From NCBI GenBank assembly GCA_036525795.1, contig DATCZS010000043.1:5402-69401 (forward strand): DNA of 64,000 nt. Direction: 5' to 3'. Made by a program: the position numbers and the translations under genes. The notes beneath the pieces were generated by a model. It ran no database searches. It was not told where the DNA came from and saw only the letters and a program-made list of their open reading frames with translations. Each line of letters opens with the position of its first letter. Within the stretch, counting starts at the first letter, position 1. Of this stretch, positions 8,348 to 18,766 are shown one piece after another. This DNA is from Acidimicrobiia bacterium (lineage in GTDB: Bacteria; Actinomycetota; Acidimicrobiia; Spongiisociales; ZC4RG35).

Positions 8348-9376
8348 TCAGTCGACCATCCACACCCGGTCGAGCCGCCATCCCACCGGTTCGCCCGCCC
8401 GCGCCATCGGCGGTCCGAGCAGCCGGATCATGACCTCGCCCACCGCCGTCTCGAGGTGGTGGTCGCTGTATCCGCCCCGGTATGCCACCGCTCTCACCCG
8501 CCCGGGAAGCTGTCCGCCGATCGTGGCCCATTCCGGGCGGACGATCGCCCGGGACCCACCGCGCACTCCGCCCGCGATCACCGCCTCGTCCACTCCATCG
8601 ACCGTGATCCGCGCCGGCCCCTCGCCCGCGTCGGTCACGCCGGAGATCACCGAGGCTGCGCCGGTCATCCGGGCGGCCCACTCGTCGACGGGCCGCTCGT
8701 ACACCTCTGCCGGAGCGCCCTCCTGGACCACCCTCCCCTCCCTGAGCAGCACCAGACGATCGGCGGTGGCGAGCGCCTCCGCGGCATCATGTGTGGCCAG
8801 CACCGCGGCCGCCCCCCGAGCCGACAGCACGGCCCGTATCTCGTCCGCCAGGGCCACCCGGAGGGGGGCGTCGAGGTGGGCGGTCGGCTCGTCGAACAGC
8901 ATCACGTCGACCTGACGGGCGAGCGCCCTGGCCAGCCCGACCCTCTGCTGCTGTCCGCCCGACAGCGCATCCGGGAACCGGTCGGCGAGGTGGGCGATGC
9001 CGAACACCTCGAGGTATCGCATGGCCTCCAGACGGGCGCGAGACCGATCCGAGCCCGCCATGCGAATCGGGTACGCCACCGTGTCCCGCACAGAGAGGTG
9101 GGGCCACAGCGAGAAATCCTGGAACACCATCGCCACGCCTCTGGCCTCGGGATTCACCCACACCCCGGGGCCCGCGACCACGGTCGAAGACACCCGGATC
9201 TCACCCTGGTCCACGGGGACGAGTCCGGCAATGGCCCCGAGCAGGGTGGACTTCCCCGACCCGGATGGACCCAGGACCGCCACCGTCGAGCCACTCGGAA
9301 CATCCAGGTCGACGGAGTCGAGCACCGGACCGTGTCCGTAGTCGACCGTCACACCGGAGGCCGAGACGACGCTCAT
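8348..9376 (-). CDS. ABC transporter ATP-binding protein, FbpC/PotA-like with C-terminal TOBE-like domain
   Basis: Walker A GPSGSGKST, signature LSGGQQQRV, Walker B MLFDEPT. 342 aa. ATGA overlap with the upstream permease stop. Confidence 0.9.
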   Translation of the reverse strand: MSVVSASGVTVDYGHGPVLDSVDLDVPSGSTVAVLGPSGSGKSTLLGAIAGLVPVDQGEIRVSSTVVAGPGVWVNPEARGVAMVFQDFSLWPHLSVRDTVAYPIRMAGSDRSRARLEAMRYLEVFGIAHLADRFPDALSGGQQQRVGLARALARQVDVMLFDEPTAHLDAPLRVALADEIRAVLSARGAAAVLATHDAAEALATADRLVLLREGRVVQEGAPAEVYERPVDEWAARMTGAASVISGVTDAGEGPARITVDGVDEAVIAGGVRGGSRAIVRPEWATIGGQLPGRVRAVAYRGGYSDHHLETAVGEVMIRLLGPPMARAGEPVGWRLDRVWMVD

Positions 9377-10968
9377 CGCCGCCCCACGGCTCGCCAGCCG
9401 CCGTACCCCACCAGCGCCCCCGTCGCCACGGCCCCCGTCAGGAGCACGGCGAGGGCGGCCGTGCCTCCCACATCCCCCAGCTGGGCCAGGTTGAGCACCA
9501 CCACCGCCAGCGTCTCCGACCCGGGTGCGTAGAGGAGGCTCGACATGGTGAGCTCGTGGAAGCCGAAGAGGAACACGATCACCCACGCCGCCAGAAGCGC
9601 CGGAGCGAGCAGCGGAACCGCGATGGTGGCGAGCACCGCGCGGGGACCGGCTCCGCTCACCCGGGCGGCCATCAGCGGAGCGGTCGACAGACCGGCCACC
9701 GATCCGGAGATGGTCCGATGGCCAAGCGCCCAGAACTTGGCGAGGTAGGCGAGGAGGATCAACACGAAACCCTCCCGTATGAGGCCGCCGTACCCGAGCC
9801 CGATCGCCACCGCCAGCGCCGACCCCGGAACTGCGAAGCCGAGGATCGTTGCGGAGCCGAACAGACGCCCACCCCGGCCGCCCCGGCTCATCGCCGCACT
9901 GACACCGCCGAGTCCCACCACGACGGTGGCGGCCGTCACGGCCAGCACCAGGCTCGTCGCAAAGGCGCCCGCTCCCCGTCCCGCCAGCGCCGTTCCGAAG
10001 TTCGCCGTGGTCCAGTTGCCGGGGACCGGCGCCAGCCCCGGCGCTCTGGTGAGGGCGGCGAGCACGATCGCAAGCAGGGGCAGGCCACTCGACACCACGG
10101 CGAAGGCCCACACTGCGGCCGCCGCCCAGCGGGATCGTCCGCCAGGCATGCTCCGGCCGGCCGGAACGGCACCCGCCCTCCAGCCGCCGGCGGCGTCGGT
10201 CGTCCCCACCACCAGTGCGGCCAGCACGACCAGCAACATGGCAGAACCGAGCACCCTGGCGAATACCTCCGGATCCGCCGCCCGGAGCAGATCCTGATAG
10301 ATCCGGGTGGTGACGGTGCCGAAACCGGCCGGGGTCCCGAGGACCGCGGGAACGCCGAACGAGTTCGCCCCGAAGACGAAGGCAAGGCCGAACGCCGCCA
10401 CCAGGGCCGGCCTCAGCAGCGGAACGGAGATCGTGACGAGGGCCCGGCGGCGGCTTGCTCCCGACACCGCGGCGGCGGCGAGCAGCGAGGGCCCGACACG
10501 GGTCCGCAGCGCCGAACGCAGAACCAGGTAGGTGATGGGAACTGCGTTGACGGCGATCACCACCGCCACCCCCCACCCGCCCTCGATCCAGTCGGCGGCC
10601 AGTCCGGTGGCGTCGTCCATGAGCCCGGTGGGCCCGAAGGCCCGCGCCCACCCGATCGCCGAGACGAACGGTGGCACGAGCAGGGGAAGGAGCATCACCG
10701 CATGCAGGAGCGCCCCGCCGGCCGCCCGCTCCACGGCGAGCGCCCCGGCCAGACCGACCAGCACCGCCAGCGACGCTGCCACCAACGAGGAGCCGATGGT
10801 GTTGGCGAAGGGCGTGCGGATGCCCTCCCACACGACACCGAGCGGCGCTCCGGCGACGACGGACTCCACCGTGAGCCGCACCAGCGGGTACCCGACCAGT
10901 CCCCCCAGAGCCGGAACCGCCACCCACCAGGGCCACCGACGCCGGGCAGAGTCCATCGCGGCCGTCAT
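9373..10968 (-). CDS. ABC transporter permease, two fused transmembrane domains (FbpB/ThiP-like)
   Basis: MTAAMDSARRRWPWWVAVPALGG...; 531 aa, about 12 hydrophobic helices in two repeats. ATGA overlaps at both ends. Upstream part of listed ORF 9373..11862 is an artefact. Confidence 0.85.
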   Translation of the reverse strand: MTAAMDSARRRWPWWVAVPALGGLVGYPLVRLTVESVVAGAPLGVVWEGIRTPFANTIGSSLVAASLAVLVGLAGALAVERAAGGALLHAVMLLPLLVPPFVSAIGWARAFGPTGLMDDATGLAADWIEGGWGVAVVIAVNAVPITYLVLRSALRTRVGPSLLAAAAVSGASRRRALVTISVPLLRPALVAAFGLAFVFGANSFGVPAVLGTPAGFGTVTTRIYQDLLRAADPEVFARVLGSAMLLVVLAALVVGTTDAAGGWRAGAVPAGRSMPGGRSRWAAAAVWAFAVVSSGLPLLAIVLAALTRAPGLAPVPGNWTTANFGTALAGRGAGAFATSLVLAVTAATVVVGLGGVSAAMSRGGRGGRLFGSATILGFAVPGSALAVAIGLGYGGLIREGFVLILLAYLAKFWALGHRTISGSVAGLSTAPLMAARVSGAGPRAVLATIAVPLLAPALLAAWVIVFLFGFHELTMSSLLYAPGSETLAVVVLNLAQLGDVGGTAALAVLLTGAVATGALVGYGGWRAVGRR

Positions 10969-11912
10969 CCGGGGAAGATCGAGCGGTATTCGCCCATCAA
11001 GTCGGATTGACGATCGAACAGCGCCGACCAGTCGGGGAACACCAGCGGGCCGGACTCCTCGGACCAGGCGACCTCGGAGCGCACCGGCTGCCAGCCGGTG
11101 GCGGCGACGGCGGTCTGGCCGTCGACCGAGAGCACATGCTCCACGAACGCCCGGGCCTCGTCCCGATCGCCGTCGACCACCACCGCGATCGGGCTGTAGA
11201 TGGCGATGCCGCCCGGTTCCGGATACACGATCTCGATCGGTGAGCCGTTGGCGACGGCGCTGCGGGCCGGACCGTCCAGCGTCATCCCTGCGACGAACCT
11301 CCCCTCGGCGACACCGGTGATGACGTCGCCCGGCGAGGACACCTGGGTGGCCCCATGTCCGGCGAGGCGGCGATAGAAGTCGAATCCGAACCGATCCGAC
11401 AGGGCGAAGAACCCCATGGCCCCGAAGGCAGAACCGGCGAATCCCGGGTCTGGGACGACCACGGCGTGCGCCAGTCCGGCGCCGGCCAGATCGTCCCAGG
11501 ATCGGACGGCGTTCGACTCCTCCTGCTGCACCGCCACCACCACCAACAGCCTGGTGCCGAAGAACGTCTCGGTGACGAGATCGGGGGACAGCGCACCGGC
11601 GTTGTCCGGGCGCCACGCCTCCAGCAGGCCGTCCGCCTCGTATTGCTGGATCGAGAGCGGATCTGTCAGCCACAGGACGTCCGCCAGGATTCCGCCCTGG
11701 CGCTCCTCGGTCGCCAGCCGGGCGGCGACGTCGCCGGTCGGTGCCCTGAACACCTCGACCTCGATCCCCGGATCGAAGCCGGCGAGCACCGCATCGACGG
11801 TGTCCTGGGTGACACTGGTGTAGATCCGCAGCACACCGTCGCCTCGCACCGAAGGGCCACACCCGGCCACGATCAGCCCGAACAGGACGAGACGCGGCGC
11901 CAGGCTCTTCAT
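10965..11912 (-). CDS. ABC substrate-binding lipoprotein, Fe(3+)/thiamine type
   Basis: MKSLAPRLVLFGLIVAGCG lipobox. LRIYTSVTQDTVDAVLAGF... is typical of family-1 SBPs of the FbpA type. Same operon as the permease and ATPase. Confidence 0.8.
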   Translation of the reverse strand: MKSLAPRLVLFGLIVAGCGPSVRGDGVLRIYTSVTQDTVDAVLAGFDPGIEVEVFRAPTGDVAARLATEERQGGILADVLWLTDPLSIQQYEADGLLEAWRPDNAGALSPDLVTETFFGTRLLVVVAVQQEESNAVRSWDDLAGAGLAHAVVVPDPGFAGSAFGAMGFFALSDRFGFDFYRRLAGHGATQVSSPGDVITGVAEGRFVAGMTLDGPARSAVANGSPIEIVYPEPGGIAIYSPIAVVVDGDRDEARAFVEHVLSVDGQTAVAATGWQPVRSEVAWSEESGPLVFPDWSALFDRQSDLMGEYRSIFPG

Positions 11913-11967
11913 GTCTTCCGATGGTAGGAGCGGCCCGGCTCGGTCACCGTGCCCGGGACGGTCTTGT

Positions 11968-13146
11968 TCAGTCCCGGTCACCGGTCAGCTCGGCCCCCAG
12001 GGCCTCGGCCAGGCGTTCGAAGTCGTCGGGGGTGTTGTATTCCTGGGCGGAGATCCGGACCAGCCGATGCGGCCACCGGGGGAACACCGTGACCGGGACC
12101 TCGATCTTCCACCTCCGACCGAGAACCCGCCCGAGTTCATCGTCGGTCGAGCCCGGATCCGGCCCCACCCCCGGGGGCAACCGGAGGGCTGCCATCGAGC
12201 CGATCATGGCCTCGGGGGCGACCGGGGCCAGGCCGAGCAGGTCCTCCAGCACCTGACGCCCCTCCATGGTCATGGCGTGGTTTCGCGCCATGGATCCGGC
12301 CATGCCCCCTGGGCGGCCGGCGAGAGCCTCGAGAGCCGCCGGAACCGACAACCAGGCCGTCAGGTCATCGGTTCCCGTCCAGTCGAAGAGCTTGTGGAAC
12401 CTGCTCCTGTCCGGCGAATCGTCGTTCCACCCGTGGCTAATCGCCGGGGGGACGATCCCATCGCGCCGATCGGATCGCACATGGAGGAATCCGGAGCCTC
12501 GCGGGGCACACACCCACTTGTGCAGGTTGGCGACGTAGTACGAGGCCCCGAGTCGATCGAGGTCGAGAGGCACCATCCCGGGAGCGTGCGCACCATCGAC
12601 GAGCACCGGCACGCCCATCTCCTCGACCAGCGGAACGATTTCCTCCACGGGGAACACGAGAGCGGTCTGCGATGTCACATGGTCGACCAGCAGCAGCCGG
12701 GTGTCCGCAGTGACGGCTTCCAGCACCCGGTCGCGCACGGCCTGCGGCCCGGTCACCGGCAGCGGAATGGGCACGGTCACGAGTTCGAGTCCGTGACGCC
12801 CGGCCACGGCGTCCAGCGCGTTCCGGCAGGCGTTGTAGGCATGATCGGTCAGCACGACTCGATCCCCCGCATCGAATGCGAGCGACTGCAGCACGGCGTT
12901 GACACCGGCCGTGGCATTGCGAACGAACGCCACGGCCTCGGGATCCGCCCCCACGAACTCCGAGAGTCTGGTTCTGGCTGCGGCGATCGAATCGAGGGCT
13001 TCGCGGGCAAGGAACCGGTTCGGGTTTCGCTCGATCCGCTCGCTCCACCGTCGCTGCTCTTCCATCACCACCACCGGGACCGCACCGAACCCCCCGTGGT
13101 TCAGATAGGTCACCTCAGGATCGAGCGCCCAGCCGTGGAGCCGCAT
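11968..13146 (-). CDS. Class V aminotransferase-fold PLP enzyme (isopenicillin-N-epimerase/cysteine-desulfurase-like)
   Basis: TYLNHGGFGAVP N-terminus. PLP-lysine context YYVANLHKWVCAPRGSGFLHV. 392 aa. Confidence 0.8.
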   Translation of the reverse strand: MRLHGWALDPEVTYLNHGGFGAVPVVVMEEQRRWSERIERNPNRFLAREALDSIAAARTRLSEFVGADPEAVAFVRNATAGVNAVLQSLAFDAGDRVVLTDHAYNACRNALDAVAGRHGLELVTVPIPLPVTGPQAVRDRVLEAVTADTRLLLVDHVTSQTALVFPVEEIVPLVEEMGVPVLVDGAHAPGMVPLDLDRLGASYYVANLHKWVCAPRGSGFLHVRSDRRDGIVPPAISHGWNDDSPDRSRFHKLFDWTGTDDLTAWLSVPAALEALAGRPGGMAGSMARNHAMTMEGRQVLEDLLGLAPVAPEAMIGSMAALRLPPGVGPDPGSTDDELGRVLGRRWKIEVPVTVFPRWPHRLVRISAQEYNTPDDFERLAEALGAELTGDRD

Positions 13147-13214
13147 CCGGCCAGGGTAGGGGGCTCGCGGGCCCGTTCGACTACGCCTACCCGAACCGGC
13201 CAGCCAGACTCTGG

Positions 13215-14195
13215 GTGGTGAGCCCGCTGAGTGAACTGGCAGACACGATCCGAGCCCGGGTGGTGGCCTCCGCCACCAGCCCGTTCGGTCATACCGACTA
13301 CCCGCTGGCCGACAGCCTCTCGCACCGGGGAGACCCGGGCCTCTTCGGGCCCGGCTCTCCCTCCTGGGCCGTCATCGGAGACGCGGCGGCCTTCGTCGGC
13401 GGCATTCGGGCGCTGCTCATCCAGGCGGCCCACCCCGAGGTGGTGGCAGGGGTCTCCGACCACTCTCGCTACAGAGAGGATCCCCTCGGCCGCCTGTCGC
13501 GCACCTCTGCCTACGTGACCGCCACCACGTTCGGGGCCGGACCCGAGGTGACACGGGCGGTCTCGCTGGTCCGCCGGGCCCACGAGCCGGTCCGCGGCCG
13601 CTCGCATCGCAATCGACCGTACGCCGCCGGAACCCCCAGATTCGCGGCCTGGGTGCACAACGCCCTGACCGACTCCTTTCTCACCGCCTACCGCTGGTAC
13701 GGACCCCGACCCCTGACTCCCTCCGACGCCGACCGGTTCGTCGCCGAGCAGGCCCGGATCGGCCGATTGCTCGATGCGGATCCGACGCCCGAGACCGCAG
13801 ACGCGCTGACCGCCTGGGTCGCCGACCACCCGGACGTGGCGGCCTCGCCAGGAATGCGCGAAACGGTGGCGTTTTTGGCGGACCCTCCCCTGGACCGGGC
13901 ACAGAGGGCCGGCTACCGGATTCTCTACGAGGCGGCGGTGGCGACCATCCCCCCGCGCATCCGCCTGGCCCTCGGGGTCGAAGCGAATCGGGGGGCTGTC
14001 CCCGCCGGGCGAGCAGCCGTCGGCTTCCTGCGCTGGGCGCTGGGTTCGTCGCCCTCGTGGAACCTCGCCCTCGTACGCGTCGGCGCGGAGATACCCGCCG
14101 GTCTCTTCCGACAGCCGCTCCCTGTGCCCGATCCGGCCCAGAGCGAGGCGCAGGTAGCGTTGCATCCGGAGGTGGCATCCGATGATGACGGCTGA
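13215..14195 (+). CDS. MpaB/DUF2236-family oxygenase-like protein
   Basis: GIRALLIQAAHPEVVAGVSDHSRYREDPLGRLSRTSAYV and RRAHEPVRG resemble the DUF2236 core. Confidence 0.65.
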   Translation: MVSPLSELADTIRARVVASATSPFGHTDYPLADSLSHRGDPGLFGPGSPSWAVIGDAAAFVGGIRALLIQAAHPEVVAGVSDHSRYREDPLGRLSRTSAYVTATTFGAGPEVTRAVSLVRRAHEPVRGRSHRNRPYAAGTPRFAAWVHNALTDSFLTAYRWYGPRPLTPSDADRFVAEQARIGRLLDADPTPETADALTAWVADHPDVAASPGMRETVAFLADPPLDRAQRAGYRILYEAAVATIPPRIRLALGVEANRGAVPAGRAAVGFLRWALGSSPSWNLALVRVGAEIPAGLFRQPLPVPDPAQSEAQVALHPEVASDDDG

Positions 14196-14658
14196 GGAGA
14201 TCATCAATGACTTCGAGCGCAACCGGCGCGTGATCCACATGCAGGCGGACGGCCTCTCGCACCGCCAGAGCCTCCTGCAGCCCCCCTTTCGGGCCAACTG
14301 CCTGAACTGGGTGGTGGGCCACATCGTCGTCCATCGAGACAAAGTGCTGTCGGCGCTGGGAGCCGATCCGGTCCTCGACGCACAGAGCACCGCCACGTAC
14401 GACAACGAGTCAGAGCCCATCGCCGGCGACGAGCCCGGAGTGGTGGAATTCTCCACGCTCCTCGCCCATCTCGACGAGGCCCAGCGGCGGCTGGCGCATG
14501 CCCTTCCCGCGGCGGAGTTGGGAGACCCGGTGGAGATCGGCGGGCGCCAGACCACCCTCTGGAAGCGGGTCCATTTCCTGTACTTCCACGACACCTATCA
14601 CACCGGCCAGACCGAACCGCTCCGCCAGCTGGCGGGGGTCGACGACAAGGTGATCTGA
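14182..14658 (+). CDS. DinB-family (four-helix bundle, metal-binding) protein
   Basis: NWVVGHIVVH...YFHDTYHTGQ His triad pattern. 14-nt overlap with the upstream gene. Confidence 0.7.
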   Translation: MMTAEEIINDFERNRRVIHMQADGLSHRQSLLQPPFRANCLNWVVGHIVVHRDKVLSALGADPVLDAQSTATYDNESEPIAGDEPGVVEFSTLLAHLDEAQRRLAHALPAAELGDPVEIGGRQTTLWKRVHFLYFHDTYHTGQTEPLRQLAGVDDKVI

Positions 14659-14713
14659 GCACCGGGATCCGGGCCGGGGACGATGCCCGGGACCATCGTC
14701 GGTTCGAGCCGGA

Positions 14714-15073
14714 TCAGTCGTGGAAGATCGTGTCCAGCACCTCTTCCAACTGGGGGGCCGGGAGGTGAAGGGAGCGGAGGCGGCGGCGGGCCGCGTCGCG
14801 CCCCAGCGATCTGAGCTCGTCCGGATCGAACAGGTAGTCCGCCAGCACGTCGCTTCCGTGCGCCGGCGGGGGTGAGAGGTCGCCCGATAGGAAGTCGGAC
14901 GGCAGCGAGTTCACCGGCTTGGGGGTGTAGTTGGCTGCCCACCCGACGTCCTTGGACGCCCCCAGGACCTGGTCGGGATCGACAGACGCCGGCCGTCGGC
15001 GGCGCAGCCCGAACACCAGCCCGAGGGCGCCGACCATCACCACCAATCCGAGAAACCCGATTCCTAGTTCCAT
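14714..15073 (-). CDS. Hypothetical single-pass membrane protein
   Basis: MELGIGFLGLVVMVGALGLVFGLRRRR then a soluble tail. Start uncertain (ATG 15073 or 15106). No family recognised. Confidence 0.4.
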   Translation of the reverse strand: MELGIGFLGLVVMVGALGLVFGLRRRRPASVDPDQVLGASKDVGWAANYTPKPVNSLPSDFLSGDLSPPPAHGSDVLADYLFDPDELRSLGRDAARRRLRSLHLPAPQLEEVLDTIFHD

Positions 15074-15132
15074 GCGTCCTTCACCATGCTCCTGGCTCAT
15101 CGGCACGAGCAGGGCGGGACTTCAGTGTTGCG

Positions 15133-15726
15133 TCACCACCCGCGAGCGGCGATGACGACCCCCAACACGACGAGGGCGAGACCCCCTGCCACGGCCATCC
15201 GTCTGGCCCAGCGGGCATCGACCACCAGGGTGCTCGACCTTCCCACCAGCCAGGCCAGCATGAGTTTGGTACCTACGAGCAGCAGATAGAAGGACCCGAG
15301 GAAGGCGGCGGCGCCGGCTGTCGAGCCCGCACCGGCCACGATGGGAGCCCCCACCGTCACCCAGAAGATCCACATCTGAGGGTTGAGCACGTTGGTCAGC
15401 GCCCCTCTCCGCAGATCGACCGACCCTCCCGTCACCTCGGTCTCCGCCGGCGCGAGGCCGCCCGCACGCAGCTCCTGAACGCCGAGCCAAACGAGGTACA
15501 TGCCGCCTGCCACCCCGAGGCCGCGCACCATCGCCTCCGACACCCCCTGCAGAGCGAACACGGTGAGGGCGATGACCGGGACGTCGGTGATGAGCGGGGC
15601 GATCGCCACCCTGGCGCCACCGGCGAAGCCCCGACGCAGCGAGGTCGTCACGATCAGCGCCGTCAGCGGGCCAGGGGAGATCCCCGCCGCCCAGCCGAGC
15701 GAGATCCCGAGGGCGATCTCATGCAC
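15133..15726 (-). CDS. LysE/RhtB-family amino-acid exporter
   Basis: LGWAAGISPGPLTALIV motif; about 6 TM; 197 aa. Confidence 0.8.
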   Translation of the reverse strand: MHEIALGISLGWAAGISPGPLTALIVTTSLRRGFAGGARVAIAPLITDVPVIALTVFALQGVSEAMVRGLGVAGGMYLVWLGVQELRAGGLAPAETEVTGGSVDLRRGALTNVLNPQMWIFWVTVGAPIVAGAGSTAGAAAFLGSFYLLLVGTKLMLAWLVGRSSTLVVDARWARRMAVAGGLALVVLGVVIAARGW

Positions 15727-15741
15727 GTCCGGCGCTCGCGT

Positions 15742-16665
15742 TCAGCCCAACGCCTCCACCATCGCCGCGCCCATGTCGGTTGGAGTGGGAGCGACCACGA
15801 TGCCGGCCTCCTTCATCGCGGCGATCTTGGCGGCGGCCGTGCCTCGCCCTCCGGAGATGATGGCCCCGGCGTGGCCCATCCGTTTCCCCGGGGGGGCCGT
15901 CGTCCCGGCGATGAACCCGGCAACGGGCTTGCGCATCGCCGCGGAGACGAACTCGGCGGCCTCCTCCTCGGCGGTGCCACCGATCTCGCCGATCATGATG
16001 ACCCCTTCGGTCTCGGGATCGTCGTTGAACAGCCGGAGGACGTCGACGAAGTTCGTCCCGTTCACCGGGTCCCCGCCGATCCCGACGGCGGTGGTCTGCC
16101 CCAGGCCGAGCCGGGTGAGCTGATGCACTGCCTCGTAGGTGAGCGTCCCGGAGCGGGACACGACGCCGATCCGGCCCTTCTGGTGGATGTAGCCCGGCAT
16201 GATGCCGATCTTGCACTCGGCCGGCGTGATCACCCCCGGGCAGTTGGGACCCACCAGTCTGGTCGGGGTGCCCTCCAGGTAGCGCTTGGCCCTGACCATG
16301 TCTGCAACGGGGATGCCTTCCGTGATGCAGATCACCAGGTCGAGACCGGCTTCGGCCGCTTCCATGATGGCGTCTGCGGCGAAGGGCGGGGGCACATAGA
16401 CCACCGAAGCGGTGGCCCCGGTGTCGGCCCTGGCCTCGGCGACGGTGGCGTAGATCGGCACCTCGACCGAGTAGGTGTCCGCACGGTCGGGCACTCCGGA
16501 GTGGTCGGTGTCACCTGCGAAGGTGTGGACGCTTCCCGCCTTGGACGGATGGACCGCTCCCACCATCTGCGTCCCGTAGGCGATGGCCCTGTCGGTGTGG
16601 AACTGCCCGGTCTTGCCGAGTCCTTGAACGAGAACCTTCGTGTCCCGGTTGATGAGAATGCTCAT
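15742..16665 (-). CDS. sucD: Succinyl-CoA ligase subunit alpha
   Basis: [36 protein letters not shown], phosphohistidine loop [10 protein letters not shown]. Confidence 0.95.
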   Translation of the reverse strand: MSILINRDTKVLVQGLGKTGQFHTDRAIAYGTQMVGAVHPSKAGSVHTFAGDTDHSGVPDRADTYSVEVPIYATVAEARADTGATASVVYVPPPFAADAIMEAAEAGLDLVICITEGIPVADMVRAKRYLEGTPTRLVGPNCPGVITPAECKIGIMPGYIHQKGRIGVVSRSGTLTYEAVHQLTRLGLGQTTAVGIGGDPVNGTNFVDVLRLFNDDPETEGVIMIGEIGGTAEEEAAEFVSAAMRKPVAGFIAGTTAPPGKRMGHAGAIISGGRGTAAAKIAAMKEAGIVVAPTPTDMGAAMVEALG

Positions 16666-16717
16666 GCCACCCTGCTCCGCTCTCCGGCGCCGGCCGCCAT
16701 ACGCCCACCGTCGGACG

Positions 16718-17941
16718 TCATCGCGCCAGCTCCACGATCTTCTGGGCGCCGTCTTTCATGTCGTCTGCGGCGATGACGTCCACGTCGGATTCGCGTAGCA
16801 GCTGCTTGCCCAGCTCGACGTTGGTGCCTTCCAACCGCACGACCAGGGGAACCTCCAGCCCGACCTGCGTGACCGCCTCGAGGATGCCCGTGGCGATGAC
16901 GTCACAACGCATGATCCCTCCGAAGATGTTCACGAAGATGCCCTTCACGTTGGGGTCGGCGGTGATGATCTGGAAGGCCTTGGCGACCTGGTCGGCGTCT
17001 GCGCCCCCTCCGACGTCGAGAAAGTTGGCGGGCTCGCCTCCGACAGTCTTGATCGTGTCCATGGTCGCCATCGCCAGGCCGGCGCCGTTGACCAGGCAGC
17101 CGATGGTCCCGTCGAGCTTGATGTAGCTGAGGCCGAATCGCTTCGCCTCGAGCTCTGCGGGGTCCTCCTCGGACCGGTCGCGCATCGCCTCGACATCTGG
17201 GTGCCGGAAGATGGCGTTGTCGTCGAACGCCATCTTCCCGTCGAGCGCCATCACCTCGCCCGACGTGGTGACCACCAGCGGGTTGATCTCGATGAGATCG
17301 GTGTCGAGCTCCACGGCGGCGTCGGCCAGCGCGACGACGAAACGGCCGAAGTTCGGTACGGCGTCTGCCTCGAGCCCCAGCCCCACGGCCAGCCGGTTGA
17401 CCTGGAAACCGGCCAGTCCGATCGCCGGGTCGATGGTCTCCCGCAGGATCTTGTCCGGCGTCTCCTCGGCGACCTTCTCGATCTCCATTCCGCCCTGGGT
17501 CGACGCCATGACGATGTTCCGGGAAACCGACCGGTCGAGGAGGATGGACAGGTAGAGCTCGCGACCGATGTCGATCCCCTGCTCGATGTAGAGCCTGTTC
17601 ACCTGTTTGCCGGCATCGCCGGTCTGGATGGTGACGAGGGTGGAGCCGAGCATCTTCTCGGCCAGGCCCCGGACGGCGGCTTCCGCCGCCTCGACGCCCC
17701 CCGTGATCCCATCGGTCACCACGTTGACACCGCCGACTTCGGGATGCTCGATGAACCTGCCCTTGCCGCGGCCCCCGGCGTGGATCTGGGATTTGACCAC
17801 CACGACCGGATTGCCGGATCCCTCGACCAGCGGCCGCACCGCAGCCACCGCCTCTTCGACCGTCAGCGCCACCCGACCGGCGGGCACCGCGATCCCGCGG
17901 TCGGCCATGAGCTGTTTGGCCTGATACTCGTGAATCTTCAT
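16718..17941 (-). CDS. sucC: Succinyl-CoA ligase subunit beta
   Basis: [23 protein letters not shown]-grasp core [15 protein letters not shown]-terminal CoA-ligase domain [15 protein letters not shown]. Confidence 0.95.
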   Translation of the reverse strand: MKIHEYQAKQLMADRGIAVPAGRVALTVEEAVAAVRPLVEGSGNPVVVVKSQIHAGGRGKGRFIEHPEVGGVNVVTDGITGGVEAAEAAVRGLAEKMLGSTLVTIQTGDAGKQVNRLYIEQGIDIGRELYLSILLDRSVSRNIVMASTQGGMEIEKVAEETPDKILRETIDPAIGLAGFQVNRLAVGLGLEADAVPNFGRFVVALADAAVELDTDLIEINPLVVTTSGEVMALDGKMAFDDNAIFRHPDVEAMRDRSEEDPAELEAKRFGLSYIKLDGTIGCLVNGAGLAMATMDTIKTVGGEPANFLDVGGGADADQVAKAFQIITADPNVKGIFVNIFGGIMRCDVIATGILEAVTQVGLEVPLVVRLEGTNVELGKQLLRESDVDVIAADDMKDGAQKIVELAR

Positions 17942-18098
17942 GAGCCTCTCTTGGACGTCACGTAGGGATGGGACGGTAGCCGACGAGGTCGGTGAGGTCC
18001 GATTCAGCCCCGACGTGTCGAACCGGGCGTCACCGAGCTCCTGTTCGCCCCAGACGAGGATCAGGGAACGGATCCGACCACGGGGGACACCTGCGCCT

Positions 18099-18485
18099 TC
18101 AGCCCTCCCCGCCGCCGCCCAGCACCTGACGCGTGCCGGCGATGTCAGACGTTCCGATCACCACCTCGCCGTTGACCCCGAAGTAGGTGACGTTGATCAC
18201 GATCCCGGCATCGGCCAGCCTCCTGGCGATGCCAGACGCCCCACCGGGGAAGCCGGCAGGGACGACGACGCACTCCCGCTCGTCTGCCACCGACCCTCCG
18301 CACTCGGCCGCCACGCGTCTGACGATCGGGACGTGCTCCGGCGGAACGGCCACGTGGGCGACCCGCCCACCCAGCCGCGGAAACAGGCATCCGGCGACGA
18401 TGTCGATTCCTTCCTCGGCGGCCGCCGCGATGAGGTCGGCGGGACGACCCACGGCGGTGTCGATGAGGATTGTCATGTCGATCAC
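18099..18485 (-). CDS. Small ACT-domain-like protein (tentative)
   Basis: 128 aa. Two short beta-alpha-beta-like halves ([25 protein letters not shown]; [20 protein letters not shown]). Weak by-eye assignment. Confidence 0.4.
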   Translation of the reverse strand: MIDMTILIDTAVGRPADLIAAAAEEGIDIVAGCLFPRLGGRVAHVAVPPEHVPIVRRVAAECGGSVADERECVVVPAGFPGGASGIARRLADAGIVINVTYFGVNGEVVIGTSDIAGTRQVLGGGGEG

Positions 18486-18766
18486 GGTCGTCCCTCCACC
18501 CGGGGACTGCCCCGGCTCCGGCCAAAGCCCGCAGCACCGGGCACGCCGCCCCGCGGGTCACACGCAAAGGATCGCAGTTCGCAGCGGCGCTTCCCAGGAC
18601 CGGGACCGCAAGGCCGCACATCCGTCGACGGTTGCCACGGGCGCTCGATACGATCACCGGGGTGATGCGGCTTCAGGATCCGATGGGCATCGACGCACAT
18701 CGCGCCTCCCCGGTCGGCCTACCCTCGTCACCTGGATGAGCACCCACGCCTGAGGGAGGAAGAGGG

